A stretch of 64,000 bases of DNA from Octopus sinensis (Eukaryota): positions 82,212,001 to 82,276,000 of the forward strand of contig NC_042998.1 in assembly GCF_006345805.1 (NCBI RefSeq). The letters run 5' to 3'. The translations under genes and the position numbers were made by a program. This document shows, piece by piece, positions 40,151 through 54,628 of this stretch (position 1 is the stretch's first letter; the number at the start of each line of letters is the position of its first letter). The notes under the pieces are model-generated. The model was not told the DNA's origin. It made no database searches and saw only the letters and a list, made by a program, of their open reading frames with translations.

Positions 40151-43100
40151 TAGATATCATACGTCCATACCCACAGTTTACACAGGTAGAGTAGAATAGT
40201 TAATGGGCTGTTATGTAGATAGATGTATGTATGTGTGGGGTGTATGTATATATGTGTATATGTACACGTATGTCAGCATATGGATATTAAAATAAAGAGA
40301 TCTTCAAACAGAAGGATAGATACATTGGTTATATGAACAGATAAGCATACATACGCAAGTGGGGACTGAAACACATGACCAGATATACACACACACACTT
40401 TACTTCACAGGTATGAAAACATATGAGACACGTGTCTACACATATGGAGATGCACATCCATCCATACAAACACGTTACATAGTTGCAAAACACACACGCA
40501 CACTCAGACATGCACACACATGGAGACAGAGGTACATACATATACAAACACACGCACACACACACACACATATACATAAAAAATAAACAAACACGGATAT
40601 GCAAGCACATGAATATGCAGAATACATACATACAGATGCGCACACATACATACATGTATACATATGCATACACGCACATATATACATACATACATACATA
40701 CATGCATAGGCACACACACACTGATCCACACACATGCGCACAAAGAAACAAAAAAGAACGCAGTGTAACTAACGGACAGAGTCAAGACTATTGAAAAGGT
40801 TGCAAGACGCAACGAAATTTTTAGGAAAATAAAAATAAGAAATAAGTGGAAATTTTACCGGTGAGTGTGTTAAATTATGAGGCACAAAAATAAAATTACT
40901 TTCCCCAGACACAACAGAATATGCTTCAACACACGAACTCACATAAAGAATCTTGCAAACCAAATCCAGAAACGAAATATTTCTGCTATTTACCAAAAAA
41001 AAAAAGAAAAGTAAAGCTTCAACACTCAAACTTCTGTTTACATATAACAAAGAAACTAATTCAAATACTGATCTATGTTCTGAAAATTATAACTTTCAAA
41101 CTTAAACAACCAAGAAGTGTCCAGGTTTTTGGGGACACATTCATCACATTTTTTTCTTGTCTTTGCCTGCATTGGTTTGCTATAATACATATATATGCAT
41201 CCAGTAATCAGATTTCACTGTTGCAATCATAATTCGTAGAAAGACCCCCCCCCCCAGATATTTCAGTATTTATTTCTAGACACTCTTCACATATTCCCAT
41301 TAAGAACTTTGTCATACAGCTAATTTCAATTACTATTTTCAAAACCTACTTTATTTTGCCATGTTTAAGCTTCTGTTGCCTTTAAGGTAACCCATACGCC
41401 TTATAAATGCTCACCTTGTACCTAAATCAGAAATGTTAAGTGACAGTAAAACTAAGGGATCAGATATGGAGGTAATAATTGTTTACGTGGCAGCGTACAC
41501 ATAATGAATTTCTTATGAAACAGCTGCATTCTTTGACGTCAAACGTTTCTGATGTCTATCTCATCAAAATGAGAATTTCTTTACGAGCAAATAGTTGGGT
41601 TTGTTGCTGAACTTGCCATGAACATGGTGCATGGTGTTCATAAAATGAAAAATATAATTTTCTATAATAACTATACGTCTCCTATTTTATCCTTTAGTTA
41701 TATCGGAAATGTTTTCTTTGAATAATGAATAGAATTCTCCTATTGTTCAGATATTCCCTATTACGACTATTATCCATTTGAATGGAATATTTGACGGTAT
41801 ATGAAATTGGTGTATTGTAATATCTGCAAATCCATAAACCAAGGTTTGAACTTGATAAAATGATATTTAGCTACCGATAAAACTCAATCAAATGTTGTTG
41901 TTGACATTTAACTAGGCGCATGATTAATATTAATGGGAACGTAAATATATGCATATATTGTACCCAATGAATTGTATGTGAGTCTTATGTAACCTGCTTA
42001 CCTTTTCACTTAAAAAGTATTGCACAAAATCTGACGCTATTGTATTTGTTTTCATTATCATATGAGGATGTTGGATTGACAAAATTCGTGGAGTACAGGA
42101 CAAATAACCTGTATTTAGTTACAGCCCTTTATATTCCCTATCTAAATCCCACCGAAGTCTGCTTTGCATTTCGTCCTTCCGATATGGATTAACTAAAATG
42201 GTAGTTAAATAGTATGCTTCAAACGGTGACCATTCTCAAATACCATTCTCAAATAAGTGAATCTATTTGCTAATGTTACAAATCTTTACTTATATATTAC
42301 ATATGTCTTCTTTTGTATTTCCAAATATCCAATTAATATTTCGATGGAAAGGAACTTGAATTACTGTTTGTATACTGATTCTACTAAACATTCTTTGAAT
42401 GGTAGCGCTGCGCAATTTTTACTTCCTTATATAATGAATAATTTTGAGGAAACTGATGATTAAATCATTTCGTTATAGTTTTTCATGGTGCCACAGGCAA
42501 ACATACTCGGTTAATTCGTTATCTCAAAGAGAAATTCAAGTTCAAAGCAAATAGTTTGAGAAAATATATATATGATTAATAATATTTCTGTCCTGAGTTA
42601 GTTAAATAGTCAGGACTTCCCTATAATTGAATAGGTCGATATTGAAGAACTGGCATGCTGGGAAACATTTAAAGATAAATAGATATTTATTCATCTAAGT
42701 AACTTTTTACGGAGATATTGGATCTCAAATCTTGAAAGAAATCTGTACCTTTTGACCTACAGATTTAAAAACTTTCAAACTTCGAACACTGGCAGAATGT
42801 GTCATATAAAACGTCTTTTACTCTTAGTATTTCTGATAAAAACTTATATTTGCGACGTTATTTCACGTTAAAGTTCTCGTATTTCGTTAATTTCAACCAA
42901 TCAATGACGTGTATCCTTTGAGTCATATCTTTAAGTGATATCCCCTTTTCCATGACTTATATATACAATACTGCACATATATAATTTGATTAAAGTGTTT
43001 ATACTCATGACCTTTTTTGCCGAATGTAACCGACAACTTCTAGACTTCTAGACTAAAAGTTGCTGGGTCGCTGATTCGATAATCTACACTGACCGAAGGC

Positions 43101-43730
43101 CCGGGAAAAACCATATATAAATGATTCAAAACTGCATTTGTCTATAATTTTCAAAAGCAAATAACTAAATTGAAATAGAAATAATAGAAGGGTAAGGCGG
43201 AGAATTAGGAAATGGTGAGTGTAAGACTTCTGCAGTAGGCTCCGATTTATCAATACATTATGAACGGCATTTCCGCGAATGAAATACTTAAACGTCATCC
43301 CGCCTAATAGAATAAATAAATCTATACAAAAATATACATTCACTAATTACAAACCAATGCCAAAATTGTGTTCTTCCTCGGGACAACTATTATTACCTAA
43401 ACAACGAAGCATCCGAAGTTTCAAACCTTTATTTTCAATGGAAAAATTCATTCTAAACCAGTTCAACGGTACGTACATCCATTCACTTACATTTGTTTCA
43501 ACAAAAAATGTCTGAGGGCTATCAATTTATTGCCAAAGGCTCAAATAATATTTCTATTTTCTTAATATAAATAAACAACTGTAGTCTTTCTAACATTTCA
43601 TAGGCAAACCGTAGATATATGAACGGTGCAACTTTGAATTAATTAGCGGAATTTCAATGGTTGATAAACAAAAAGTACTCACACATGTATGTGTATACAC
43701 ACACACGCATATATATACGTGTATATATAT

Positions 43731-43778
<48 letters not shown>

Positions 43779-43836
43779 GAATAGTATATATACATATATG
43801 CATATATACATACGTATATGTACGTACATCAATACG

Positions 43837-43867
<31 letters not shown>

Positions 43868-44430
43868 ATATGCATATGTGGGCACAGGACGTCATGAAAC
43901 GTGCACAACACAAAATACGAAGTATGAGTACATGGAATATGAGTACATGGAATATGAACAAGCTGCTCCAAATCGTTATTTGAGTAGCAGCATAATTGCA
44001 ATCTGGACTGGCTAGTTTACAATATAATTTGCAAGAAGGAAACCAAACTAAATAGTCATATTTAGAAATCATTTCAATACGTACGTTTCGGGTCTGCGTA
44101 ATATTTAACAGAAAATGTATCCTTTACGCAATACCTTATACTGCAAAAATCATAGGAAAATATTGTGAAATATTTTGACTGAAGATGGTTTTACGTAATG
44201 GATGTATTTCCTGTAATACATTACGCAGACCTGAAATAAATATATTCGCTGATTTCATAATATTACTGTTTGGTTTGTATTAATTATCGCAACTCACACA
44301 CACACACACACACCACACACACACACACATACACACACGCGCGCGCTCACTCACACACACATATATATATATATGTATGCATCTCCCTCTCTTTCACTGT
44401 CTCTCTGTCTCTCAAGATATACATATACAT

Positions 44431-44479
<49 letters not shown>

Positions 44480-44741
44480 ATATTATATATATATATAGGA
44501 ACGTTACCTTTATAATAGACGATATAATGATAAGAGTATCTACCGTTGCTTGGACTCTCACAGTTGCTTGTACATCAGGCAAAAATAAAAAACAAAAAAC
44601 TGATATTTAGAAGGATTTGACTATAAAATCAGCAGCGCCAATTCTGCTCGACCTGGTATATACGAGCGTGGACTTAGGTTAGCTTTTCAAAAACATATAT
44701 AGCTGCAACATTCTCTAACATAAAACTGAAGACGCGCTCAT

Positions 44742-44772
<31 letters not shown>

Positions 44773-45451
44773 TCTCTCTCCTTCTTTCCTTTTCTCTCTC
44801 TCGCCCCTTCTCTCTTTCCTTTTCCTGCTATTTTCTTAAGTAAGGCATATTTCTCTTAGCGTGCCAAGTAAGGGAAAAATAATATTCGAATCCTTTCTAA
44901 TATTATTTCCTAGTTTAGCAGCAATATGATAAGATTGCAACGGAAAGATGCTAGAAAATGCAGTGATAAATTGCAGCGTCTCCCTAGCTATGGAGATTAT
45001 TAATACATTTAGTAAAGATATCGGAAAGAAATACTCTGATACGAAATGAAGATATCCAGAAAAAAATGTATTTCAGATTTAGTAACACGATTAGTTTTGA
45101 CGTTGAATTTCTGTATCATTTCTTCTTCGATGCTTATTACATTGCAGCCAGGAATTCGGTATCAGAAAAATTTAGATGTATCTTAAGTGTAGACAAGCAT
45201 TGATCAGCTGAAAAGCCACCACTTGAACTATTCGACCGTTCATTAATTGCATGAGGGTAATATATAAACGCGAATCCATAAATCATGAACAAAAAGGAAA
45301 ACAGTACTTTAGCTGACCATATATATTTTAATTCTAGGCTCAAAGATATAAACCTGAGGACAGGGAAATTATGGATATTGGAAATCTGCATGAAGCACTG
45401 AATGTCAGTATATATCTTTGGATATAAACTGTAATATAGTGACGCCAGTGA

Positions 45452-45665
45452 AAGGCGGCGAACTGGCAGAAGCGTTAGCACTCCAGGCGAAATGCTTGCG
45501 GCAATTCATCCGCCTTAACGATCTGAGTTTAAATTCCATCAGGGTCGACTTTGCTTTCATGCATCGGGGGTCGATAAAACAATTACTAGTTGAATATTGG
45601 GGGTAAATGAAATCGACTTAGCTCCTTACCCAAAGCAGCTGAGCTTGTGCCAATATTAGAAACCA
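45452..45665 (+). mobile_element. SINE family C, degraded
   Basis: aaggcggcgaactggcagaagcgttagcactccaggcgaaatgc...gggtcgactttgctttcat. Confidence 0.8.
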
Positions 45666-45794
45666 ATATATTGCCATCAGTGCTCACGTTACCTCACAAA
45701 ATAGTCTTTAATTTGCAACTTGTAATCATAATAGATATTTAGGCGCATACATGGTTCTATTGTAAAGAAGCTTACTTTACAATCACGTGGTTCA

Positions 45795-46085
45795 CTATCC
45801 AGTTTTATTCCCCAGGTCGATCAATGACTTGTGAATAAATTTGGTAGACGGAACTGTGTATAAGCCCGTAGTACATGTGTGAGACAGCGCCTTTGTCATT
45901 GTGTTTGCGTTTGATTCCGGTTTTGGGTGGTTTATTTCTCTGTAAATTAGCAGTTCAGCGGCGCAAGAGACGAAAGAAGTACGTAACAGAATTTTTTGAA
46001 AGTACTGGGATAGATTCATTGGGCTAAAATTTACAAGACGGTGTCCCAGTATAGCCGTGGTCTAACGAATGAGAAAATAAAGGAG
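45795..46085 (+). mobile_element. Old SINE family A-like fragment
   Basis: gacttgtgaataaatttggtagacggaactg...aagcccgt. Confidence 0.55.
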
Positions 46086-46429
46086 AAAAGATTTGTTCGA
46101 ATACGTGTAAGTGTATCAATTAGAATTATTGATTTCTTCACAACGTAACCTTAGTGTTAGTAGGGACAAACTTGAAAAGCGAGGGTTTTCTGGGGAAAAA
46201 TCAACTTGCCTCATGTTAATAATACAATGGAACAGTAAAATAAGCAAAACTTTTCTCAAGTTCAACAGAAACATTTTATTGTATCTACATCCCAACGATA
46301 GAACTTTGTACCTTTGATAAAAATCAGCACCTTCTTTACAAGCAGATTTCAGATAATTAAGAATGCAAGATGTAGTACATACATACATACATACATAAAT
46401 ACATACATACTGCTATATGTGTGTATGTG

Positions 46430-46497
<68 letters not shown>

Positions 46498-46618
46498 TGT
46501 GTGTGTTACTAGGTGTTATTAGGCGTCCCGGTCCTTCATCATGCAAAGTGCTGGTGTTCGTTTAACCGCGTAGCCAGAGCGATGTGTCTTGTAACATAAT
46601 GAAACCAACTCCATAATT

Positions 46619-46664
<46 letters not shown>

Positions 46665-47494
46665 GTATATTACAACAATATTATGTTACAACTACTAATA
46701 ATATACACGAAAATCACGAATATTTACAATTGGAAAGAACACATACATCATATTATAAGTCAAAGTTAATTTCACAATGTACGTCCAAATAGTGCTGATT
46801 TTTAAAAGTAGTGTAAAAAAACTACTTGCAGTGGTACATACAAAAAAATCTCATATTTTAATAAGTATATCAAGCTTCCATTGTGTTAGAAAGTACAATA
46901 AATTTTCAATAACCCCCCAGGAAAACAGGAATTTCTAATATTCGCGTCAATAAGGAAATTAGTGCGTTGTATCAGATATATTTACAAAACAAATACATGT
47001 TTACATTATAAATTGCTGGTAAACGAAATATTTAATTACACAGGATGCAAATATAATTCAATCCCATGTAGCTGGTTGCTGAAATGAATATCATTAATAG
47101 TTCTCTTGGAGCATACATTGCGATGTTTATTGTTTAGAAAATGTAAGCACAGAGAAACATATTTCACTTCTTATATATTCCAGCAAATATCAACGTGCAG
47201 GCACATACACATTCAATGCCCATAGGCATTTAGCTATGTACGTGTATTGCATATGTGTAGGTTAGTGTGTTTGGTTGTGCCAATAGAATGCGCGCAAGAG
47301 AGAGAGAGACAGACAGACAGAGACAGAGAGACACACAGTGAGAGAAAGAAACAGAGAGATGATACTGTTATTAAATAAAAAGAATTCATCGAACAATCAA
47401 ATATAATTCAAAATTTAACTGCACATGTATGTTCAGAAAACATTTACCTATCAAGAATACACTGAATGTTATTAGAAATATATGTGCACGTATG

Positions 47495-47570
<76 letters not shown>

Positions 47571-47572
47571 CG

Positions 47573-47607
<35 letters not shown>

Positions 47608-47617
47608 TATGTATATA

Positions 47618-47680
<63 letters not shown>

Positions 47681-47699
47681 ATATATATATATGTATATA

Positions 47700-47940
47700 T
47701 ATTTGGAATTTATTGAAAAACAAAAGACGAAGACAGGTGTATAAACAACAAATAGGTGTATTAGTTTAATGCTTAGGAAGATGAGAAAGTATTTTATATT
47801 TCGAGCCTAGGCTCTTCAACATATAGGACCACGATAAAATAATCAGAATAAAAAAAGATCTAGAGGCTAGCGGTAAATCATGGCAGCTGGCTGGACAGAG
47901 TTGGTTAGGCAGGACAGCTAGAAAGAAAGGGAGATAATAA
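47700..47940 (-). mobile_element. Family D 3' end fragment
   Basis: Minus strand GTTGAAGAGCCTAGGCTCGAAATATAAAA followed by aaactaatacacc...gtcttcgtc, as at 20940-20990. Confidence 0.55.
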
Positions 47941-48349
47941 AGTATTGGTGATCCCAAAATGAAGGTACGCATGCGTATGTATGTGAGAGTGTGTAACTGT
48001 GTGCGTGTGGATAGCGGTTGGTGACCATGACGTTTGGATGTGTGCGTGTGTAAGTGTATGCGTCTGTAATGTGTGGATGTGCGGATGATGCTGTGGCTGC
48101 TGGGAAGAGGTCAGGGCTAGTGTGTGCGGGGTGGTGGGATGTTGTGTGATATGGTGTGGTGTGATGTGGTGTGATATGATGTGCTGTTGTGGTGTGTGGT
48201 GTGTCATGATGTTGTGTGTTGGTGTGTGGTGCGGTGTAGGTGCTGAGAAATTGCACTGCTAGTGTGTGCGTGTATATATATATATATATATACATGTCGA
48301 TGTGTAGATATATACAAACATGGATACGTACATACACATCATATATGTA

Positions 48350-48982
48350 CATCCAGGACCAGAGAGTGGGAAACCATGATGGTCCTCAGCTGTCTGGGCT
48401 ACTACTGTCAGCTATGGTCACCCAACAGTGTAAAATTAACAGCAGACCTTGAAGCAATCCAACGAAGCTTCACAAAGACGGTCGTCTCGTTGCAACACCT
48501 CAGCTACTGGGAAAGGCTGAAGCAGCTAAGACTCTACTCCCTGGAGCGAAGGCGAGCGAGATATGCAATAATATACAACTGGAAGATCCTGGAAGGAATT
48601 GTACCAAATTTTGGCATTCAAAGCTACACCAATGCTAGAACAGGCCGTCACTGCAGTGCCAAAGATCCCAGCAATGCCATCACGCTTCAGGGGCAGTTAC
48701 TGCAATAGCCTGGGTTTCAGGGGCCCACAACTTTTTAATATTCTCCCAAAGTGCCTGAGGGACCTACACAAAGTGGATGTAGGTGTTTTGAAATCGAAAC
48801 TGAACTTCTTCCTGTCGAGAGTCCTAGATGAACCTACCTCGCGGGAAGAGGTGCAACGGAGGGTAGCAACATCAAACTCCCTTATTCACTAAATGACATG
48901 TATTACAGGAGGCTCTCAATAATAAGAGTACAGGAAAAGAGCCGTGCTCCAGCATGGCCACAGCTCTAAGCTGAAACTACAA
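48350..48982 (+). mobile_element. 5'-truncated CR1-like LINE (same family as 27246-30030)
   Basis: YYCQLWSPNSVKLTADLEAIQRSFTK...SYWERLKQLRLYSLERRR; 3' tail gtgctccagcatggccacagctctaagctgaaac. Confidence 0.9.
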
Positions 48983-49081
48983 TATATATATATTGTCTCT
49001 AATTTAATATAATATATATATATATACACACAATTACGTATGTTATTATATATGCATGTGTGAATGAATCTATCTTTCTCC

Positions 49082-49127
<46 letters not shown>

Positions 49128-49651
49128 ATGTGTATGTGTGTCAGTGTGTGCATTATGTATGTGTATATATATATATATATGTATCGTATGTATGAATGCA
49201 TGTATGTATGTATGCATGTATACGTGTGTGTGTGTATGTGTGGATATTCACACAAGTGTGTGTATACATAGGCTTATACTTTCAAGTGGTATGGGATCAA
49301 ATAAGTTAAAGCTAATTAACGCTAAAATACATTTATGTACATCAAATGCTTACTTATAACAGAGTCTATAACTCACAAGCACGGTCACACTCGTACTTAC
49401 GCATAAACTCAAACCTAGAGAAAGTGAGGCCCGGGCATTCAACCAGATCATAATCATTCACTATTAATATAAAGTGTTCAATTTGCATTATTGCGTTTTA
49501 CATACAAGTTACAAATGAAATAACAATTTCCGTTTATCAACAATTTATCGACGTTTACAATTATTAGTCTGTAACGGATACGGATATCTGTGTGTGTATA
49601 TGTACATGTGTGTACGTATAGAGATATTCATACATACATACATGCATACAT

Positions 49652-49699
<48 letters not shown>

Positions 49700-51507
49700 G
49701 ATCAAAATAAGCAACAAGGATATACAGAGGTTATGCAGTACCTTCGTTTCATGCAACTCTATTTAATTGGACAATGCAATCATAACATCAATTTAAAAAT
49801 TTTAAATGTAGAGCAATCTTCAGCAGCACAAAGACATAGGATTTAGTTAAATTAGAACATATGGATACGTTAGTATATTTATACCTAAGATCTCCAAGAA
49901 ATTGGGGATTTTAGACAAAGAACATGTACCTACAACAGCATAGCCGTAACTAAAATTTTCAAGAAGACACTGCTTGCCACTGATTTTTTTTGTTTAAGCG
50001 GTTACTTTTAATTTATAGACTACTTTATCAAATCCCTTGTACATTCAAAGCTGAGAGAAACAGAGTGCAGTATCTGTTTGGGGCAGAGTTGAGGTAGTAG
50101 ACAGACATTCTAGATGGTATAGTCATAAAAGTCAAGATTTATTAGAAGCAATGTTATGAGGGTTAGTAAGTGAAAACTTAAAACAAGATGTTAGCTGATA
50201 ATTAAGGGGTCACCCACTAGCAGACTATTGATAATGAAACAGGGGAAGTCTTATCATGTAGCACTACACTTAAGTACTTTAAAACAATGTTGCTATATTG
50301 TATACAGTTAAAGTTTAGAGTTATTCAAAAGATTATTCAGAAGAGTATTGTAACATAAGGATACAAATTTATGAATACTTTTGAGTATATATCAAACTTT
50401 TACAACAATAGAGGGTGGAAAAGAAAGTATATAGGAATAGCTTAATATTTCTACATATTGTATACTTAAATACTAACTCATCAGATGGTATAAGATGATA
50501 TTTACTGGTATTAATAAAAGAGTTTTGAGGTAAAAGAACATGCTAACTATATATTAATAAATTTTTAAACCTGAGCATTTTTTTTTATATAAGTAAGGAA
50601 TATATCAGTATAGTCTTATGTAAGCTAAGTATGAATTTATAGAGATACAAAGCTTAGAATACTTTTATAAATAAATAAAGACTAATTATAAAATTAAATA
50701 ATCAAGCGCAGAGCACCATAGAAAAGGAATAAAGTGGTTTAATTACTAATACTATGGTAAAGTATATGTAGCTTGTCAACATCAATAGAGAAGATTTTTT
50801 ACAAAAAAAAAGTATAATAATTTAAAATATATTAGACTGAAAATTATATTTACTTATTTAGCTACTATCTCTAAAAGACTGATGTTTGGTATCGGGTAAA
50901 GGAATATTTAAGTTATGGAACAATTCTATTTTACACTAATATTTTTTTTAAATTTAGGATTATTTTATAGTTTTAAGAAGTTATTATTATTACTCCCTAC
51001 ATGATATTTATAGTTTCTTAGTGGTACTTGTTTAGAAAAGTTATTTATATAAAGGTCCTTATAAATAATAAGATCAGGAGAGTAGAGCCAATTAAGAAAG
51101 AGAAAATCGAGTATTTTTAAAGATCATTCCAAACAATATCGTCATACTGTATAAGGTTAAAATTTTAGGGTAATCAAGAAGATTACTAAGAATGAAAATT
51201 GTAAATACATGATACCACGTCTTTGAATATTATGAGTATATACCAAATTTTGACCACAATAGAGGGAGGAAAAGGAAATTGCAAAGAAATAGATTAATAG
51301 ATTAATATTTATATACTTATTACTTATCTAAAATATTAACATATTATATGGTTTCCATTGAAATTGATCAAATGGAATTAACAGGTATTTAATAAGGCGG
51401 GGGGGGGAGGGCAACTGAGGTCAAAGAATATGTCAACTATATACTGAGTTAATAAAATTGAACTAATTTTAAGTTGTGGAGATACCGGTATAACCTTATA
51501 GAAGTTT

Positions 51508-52224
51508 TCGTAAACCTAAGTGATACGCATGGAATGCAGTTTCGAGATTATTTTCTCTTGTCAACTCACGGTAATCACTGGTTTTCGATGAGAAGAGACC
51601 TGTTTGCGACTATCTATTTAATGTTTTTTCCAAGTAACTATTGTCACTGATTTCGAAAAACGGTCTGAAAGCAATAATAAATCTCTGAACGAGATGTAAA
51701 CAGTAAGCGCTCGACAACGTAAAGTATACTAGCCATCTCAATATGGCTAACCACTAAGGGTGGGTGTTACTGTAGCTTTTTAGCCACAGGAGATCATAGT
51801 CTCCAGTTGGCTTTAGACACAATTACTGTGCCCTTATGATATGTGCAAAGGGAGGTCATCCCCTCTCGTAAACCTAAGTGATACGCATGGACTGCAGTTT
51901 TGAGATTATTGTCTCTTGTCAACACACGGTAATCATCTCCTCATCGAAAACCGGTGATTACCGTGTGTTGACAAGAGACAATAATCTCGAAACTGCAGTC
52001 CATGCGTATCACTTGGGTTTACGAGAGGGGATGACCTCCCTTTGCAAATATCATAAGGGCACAGTAATTGTGTCTAAAGCCAGCTGGAGACGATGATCTC
52101 CTGGGGCTAAAAAGCTACAGTAACACCCACCCCTATTGGTTAGCCATATTGAGATTGCTAGTATACTTTACGTTGTCGAGCGCTTACTGTTTACATCTCG
52201 TTCAGAGATTTATTATTGCTTATA
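51508..52224. repeat. 358-bp-unit repeat in tandem plus inverted arrangement (265-bp-arm palindrome), with three hammerhead copies (family H)
   Basis: Arms 51669-51930 and about 51952-52221; additional partial unit 51508-51668. Confidence 0.92.
51962..52006 (+). ncRNA. Complete type I hammerhead-like motif, U3-A8 variant (family H)
   Basis: cgtgtg TTGACAA GAGA caataa TCTC GAAAC TGCA GTC catgcg; 6-bp stem I with two GU pairs; palindromic ACTGCAGT; GUC site at 51998-52000. Confidence 0.8.
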
Positions 52225-52971
52225 GAAGTTGTGTATGGGTTAATAGGGGTACAAGGATTAGATTTATTTAAGGCCGCTATAAAAATTACAATAGCACCAA
52301 TTATAAAATGATCAGTTAGCATTAAAAACCATAATATAATAATAAAATATTCATACATTATTAACTCTAATAGCAAGTATTTCTAGAAAATGTATAATAA
52401 TTTATGAGCTAAAATTTGTTAATTTATTTAGCTTACAATTATCAGAGCTGAAACCTAGTATTAGTTGAAAAGATAATTTTTGCTAAAAGGACAAGCTAGC
52501 CATATACTAATATTAAATGAAGATTTATAATATAGATTTCAAATATATTATAGAAAGTATCACTTTATTGATCTTGAGTTTTAAAATGTATAATATACCT
52601 CATAGTTTAAAATTAGTGCGTAGATAGCATACCCTACAACAATCATTTTTCTTTTAGTTAATACTAGGTATAAATGATTAAAGACACAAGCTAATTAAGT
52701 AAATAAACAATTTTTAATTTCTTGAATTATAACATATGTTCTATAAATCTTCTCTATTGAAGTTACTAAATTGTATATGTACTTCATCATGATTTTAGTG
52801 ATTAAAAAACAAAACATCAGTGGCAGCAGTGTCTTCTTGAAAATGTTATTTACGGCTATGCTGTTGTCGGTACAACATGTTCTTTGTTTATCTCCTTAGC
52901 TTCTTGGAGATTTTAGGTATAATTATACTAATGTGTCCCTCTGTTCTAATTTAACTAAATTCTATGTCTTT

Positions 52972-53064
52972 GGGAGCTGAAGATTGCTCTACATTTTAAA
53001 ATTGATGTAATAAAATGATTGCACTGTTCAATTAACGGGAGTTGCATGAAACGATTGTACTGCA
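52972..53064 (+). ncRNA. Hammerhead-like motif with CUGAAGA core, U10.1-U11.1 and long stem II loop
   Basis: ggag CTGAAGA T TGC (about 56 nt) GCA T GAAAC GATT GTA ctgc; mirror copy on minus at 49734-49828. Confidence 0.6.
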
Positions 53065-53210
53065 TTACCTCTGGATATCCTTGTTGTTCATTTTGATTTT
53101 AATCACCTTATTTTGAAATTGTATGGATAATACCGTACTAAATTCTGGTGCCTCAACTTAAGTTCCATATTTATCTGAATATATATATATATATGCACAT
53201 ACATATCTTA

Positions 53211-53251
<41 letters not shown>

Positions 53252-53259
53252 TAGATATT

Positions 53260-53305
<46 letters not shown>

Positions 53306-53391
53306 TATGTATATATATAAACATGCTTGTATATATTTATAATGTATATATGAATGTGCATGCAAATATGTCCATATATTGTATAAATGTT

Positions 53392-53466
<75 letters not shown>

Positions 53467-54058
53467 GTATACATGTCAGTTAATCTCTGTGTGTGTGGGT
53501 GTGTGTGCCTGTGTATATGTGCTGGATGGGATGTAATGAGCATATATAGCTAGTAGCACCGAAAATAATAATATAAATATAATTTGATGGAACGTTGTTA
53601 TATATGTAGATTGCTCGATAGAATTTATATCTCTCGATTAATACCAAAAAAGGCTTGATGACACTTCGATTTCCTGTTGATAATCATGCCGTAGTCAAAT
53701 GTCTATTGATATCATTAGATTGAAATTTCTGGTCCATCATCGGCGAACTGTAGTAGAACAGAAATATCGATTTTTCTATTTTAGGTGTTTATTTACATTT
53801 TATAACGTGAACATGTTTGAAAATTAGTCTTTACCATTTATATATATATTCTCGATTCTGTCTTATTATTCCCCGTATCCGTCTTCTTTATCTATATAAA
53901 TTGCAGCTACATTTACATCACTTACTGAAACCCCGTAGTTAGGTAATTGTAATAAAAATATTTCGTTGCTCTAATAGATGATAGACTGTATTTGTCTTCT
54001 TTAGCCTACAGACTTCTGTTGTTAAGATGAAACACATTTTACTGAACCACATGTATAC

Positions 54059-54223
54059 GTATGTTTCAACATTTTCTTGAGTCTTCATCAGCCGTCGTGA
54101 CTCAGCTTTAACCCTCCTCAAACACACTGCCAAGCAACCTAATAATGTCAGTAGGCAAAGTAATATGGGGAAACCAGACAAATTGTTGACAGTCGTCCTA
54201 ATCCAGAGTGTTGGAAATACTGC
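54059..54223 (-). CDS. Possible 165-nt phase-0 exon encoding a hydrophobic (TM-like) segment; unassigned
   Basis: Minus strand caacag|GCA...TAC|gtatac, open frame AVFPTLWIRTTVNNLSGFPILLCLLTLLGCLAVCLRRVKAESRRLMKTQENVETY; weak splice signals. Confidence 0.18.
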
Positions 54224-54381
54224 CTGTTGGTGTGTTATAATACATTATAGTAACTGAACGAAACACCAGTGATTTAATGTAATAACCAAAGCATACTAAA
54301 ATCAAATAACTAAAAGCTCGAAAGAAATGGCTTTAGCAATTATTTTAGTGTATACTCAGTATACTATACTGTACTATTTGT

Positions 54382-54628
54382 GGAGGCGCGTGGCTTAGTG
54401 GTTAGGTTGTCAGCATCATGATCGTAAGATTGTATTTTCTAATCCTAGACCAGGTGACGCGTTGTCTTCTTCAACAAAACACTTAATTTCACGTTGCTTC
54501 AGTCCACTCAGCTGGCAAAAATGAGTAACGCTGCGATGGACTGGCGTCCCGTCCAGCTGGAGAACACATACGTCATAGCAACCGGGAAACCGGGCCCATG
54601 AGCTTGGCTAGGCATTAAAAGGGCGCAT
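54382..54628 (+). mobile_element. SINE family B, full length
   Basis: Matches 37226-37470. Confidence 0.88.

Larger units (their letters stand above)
49697..53105. mobile_element. Old ~3.4-kb element with ~290-bp imperfect inverted arms, each carrying a hammerhead-like motif (family G)
   Basis: 49697-49990 is the reverse complement of about 52815-53105; AT-rich interior. Confidence 0.75.

Noticed and set aside
40329-40812. Cluster of overlapping 75-140 aa ORFs on both strands
   Set aside because: It is a degenerate (CA/TA)n mosaic microsatellite
43920-43957. 16-bp tandem duplication atgagtacatggaat
   Set aside because: An isolated slippage-type duplication with no further structure
53101-53160. 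cacc..TTGAAAT-GTATGG/CCGTAC-TAAA..ggtg motif
   Set aside because: It has stems but lacks GAAA and a stem III/GUH; the better motif of this element is at 52972-53064
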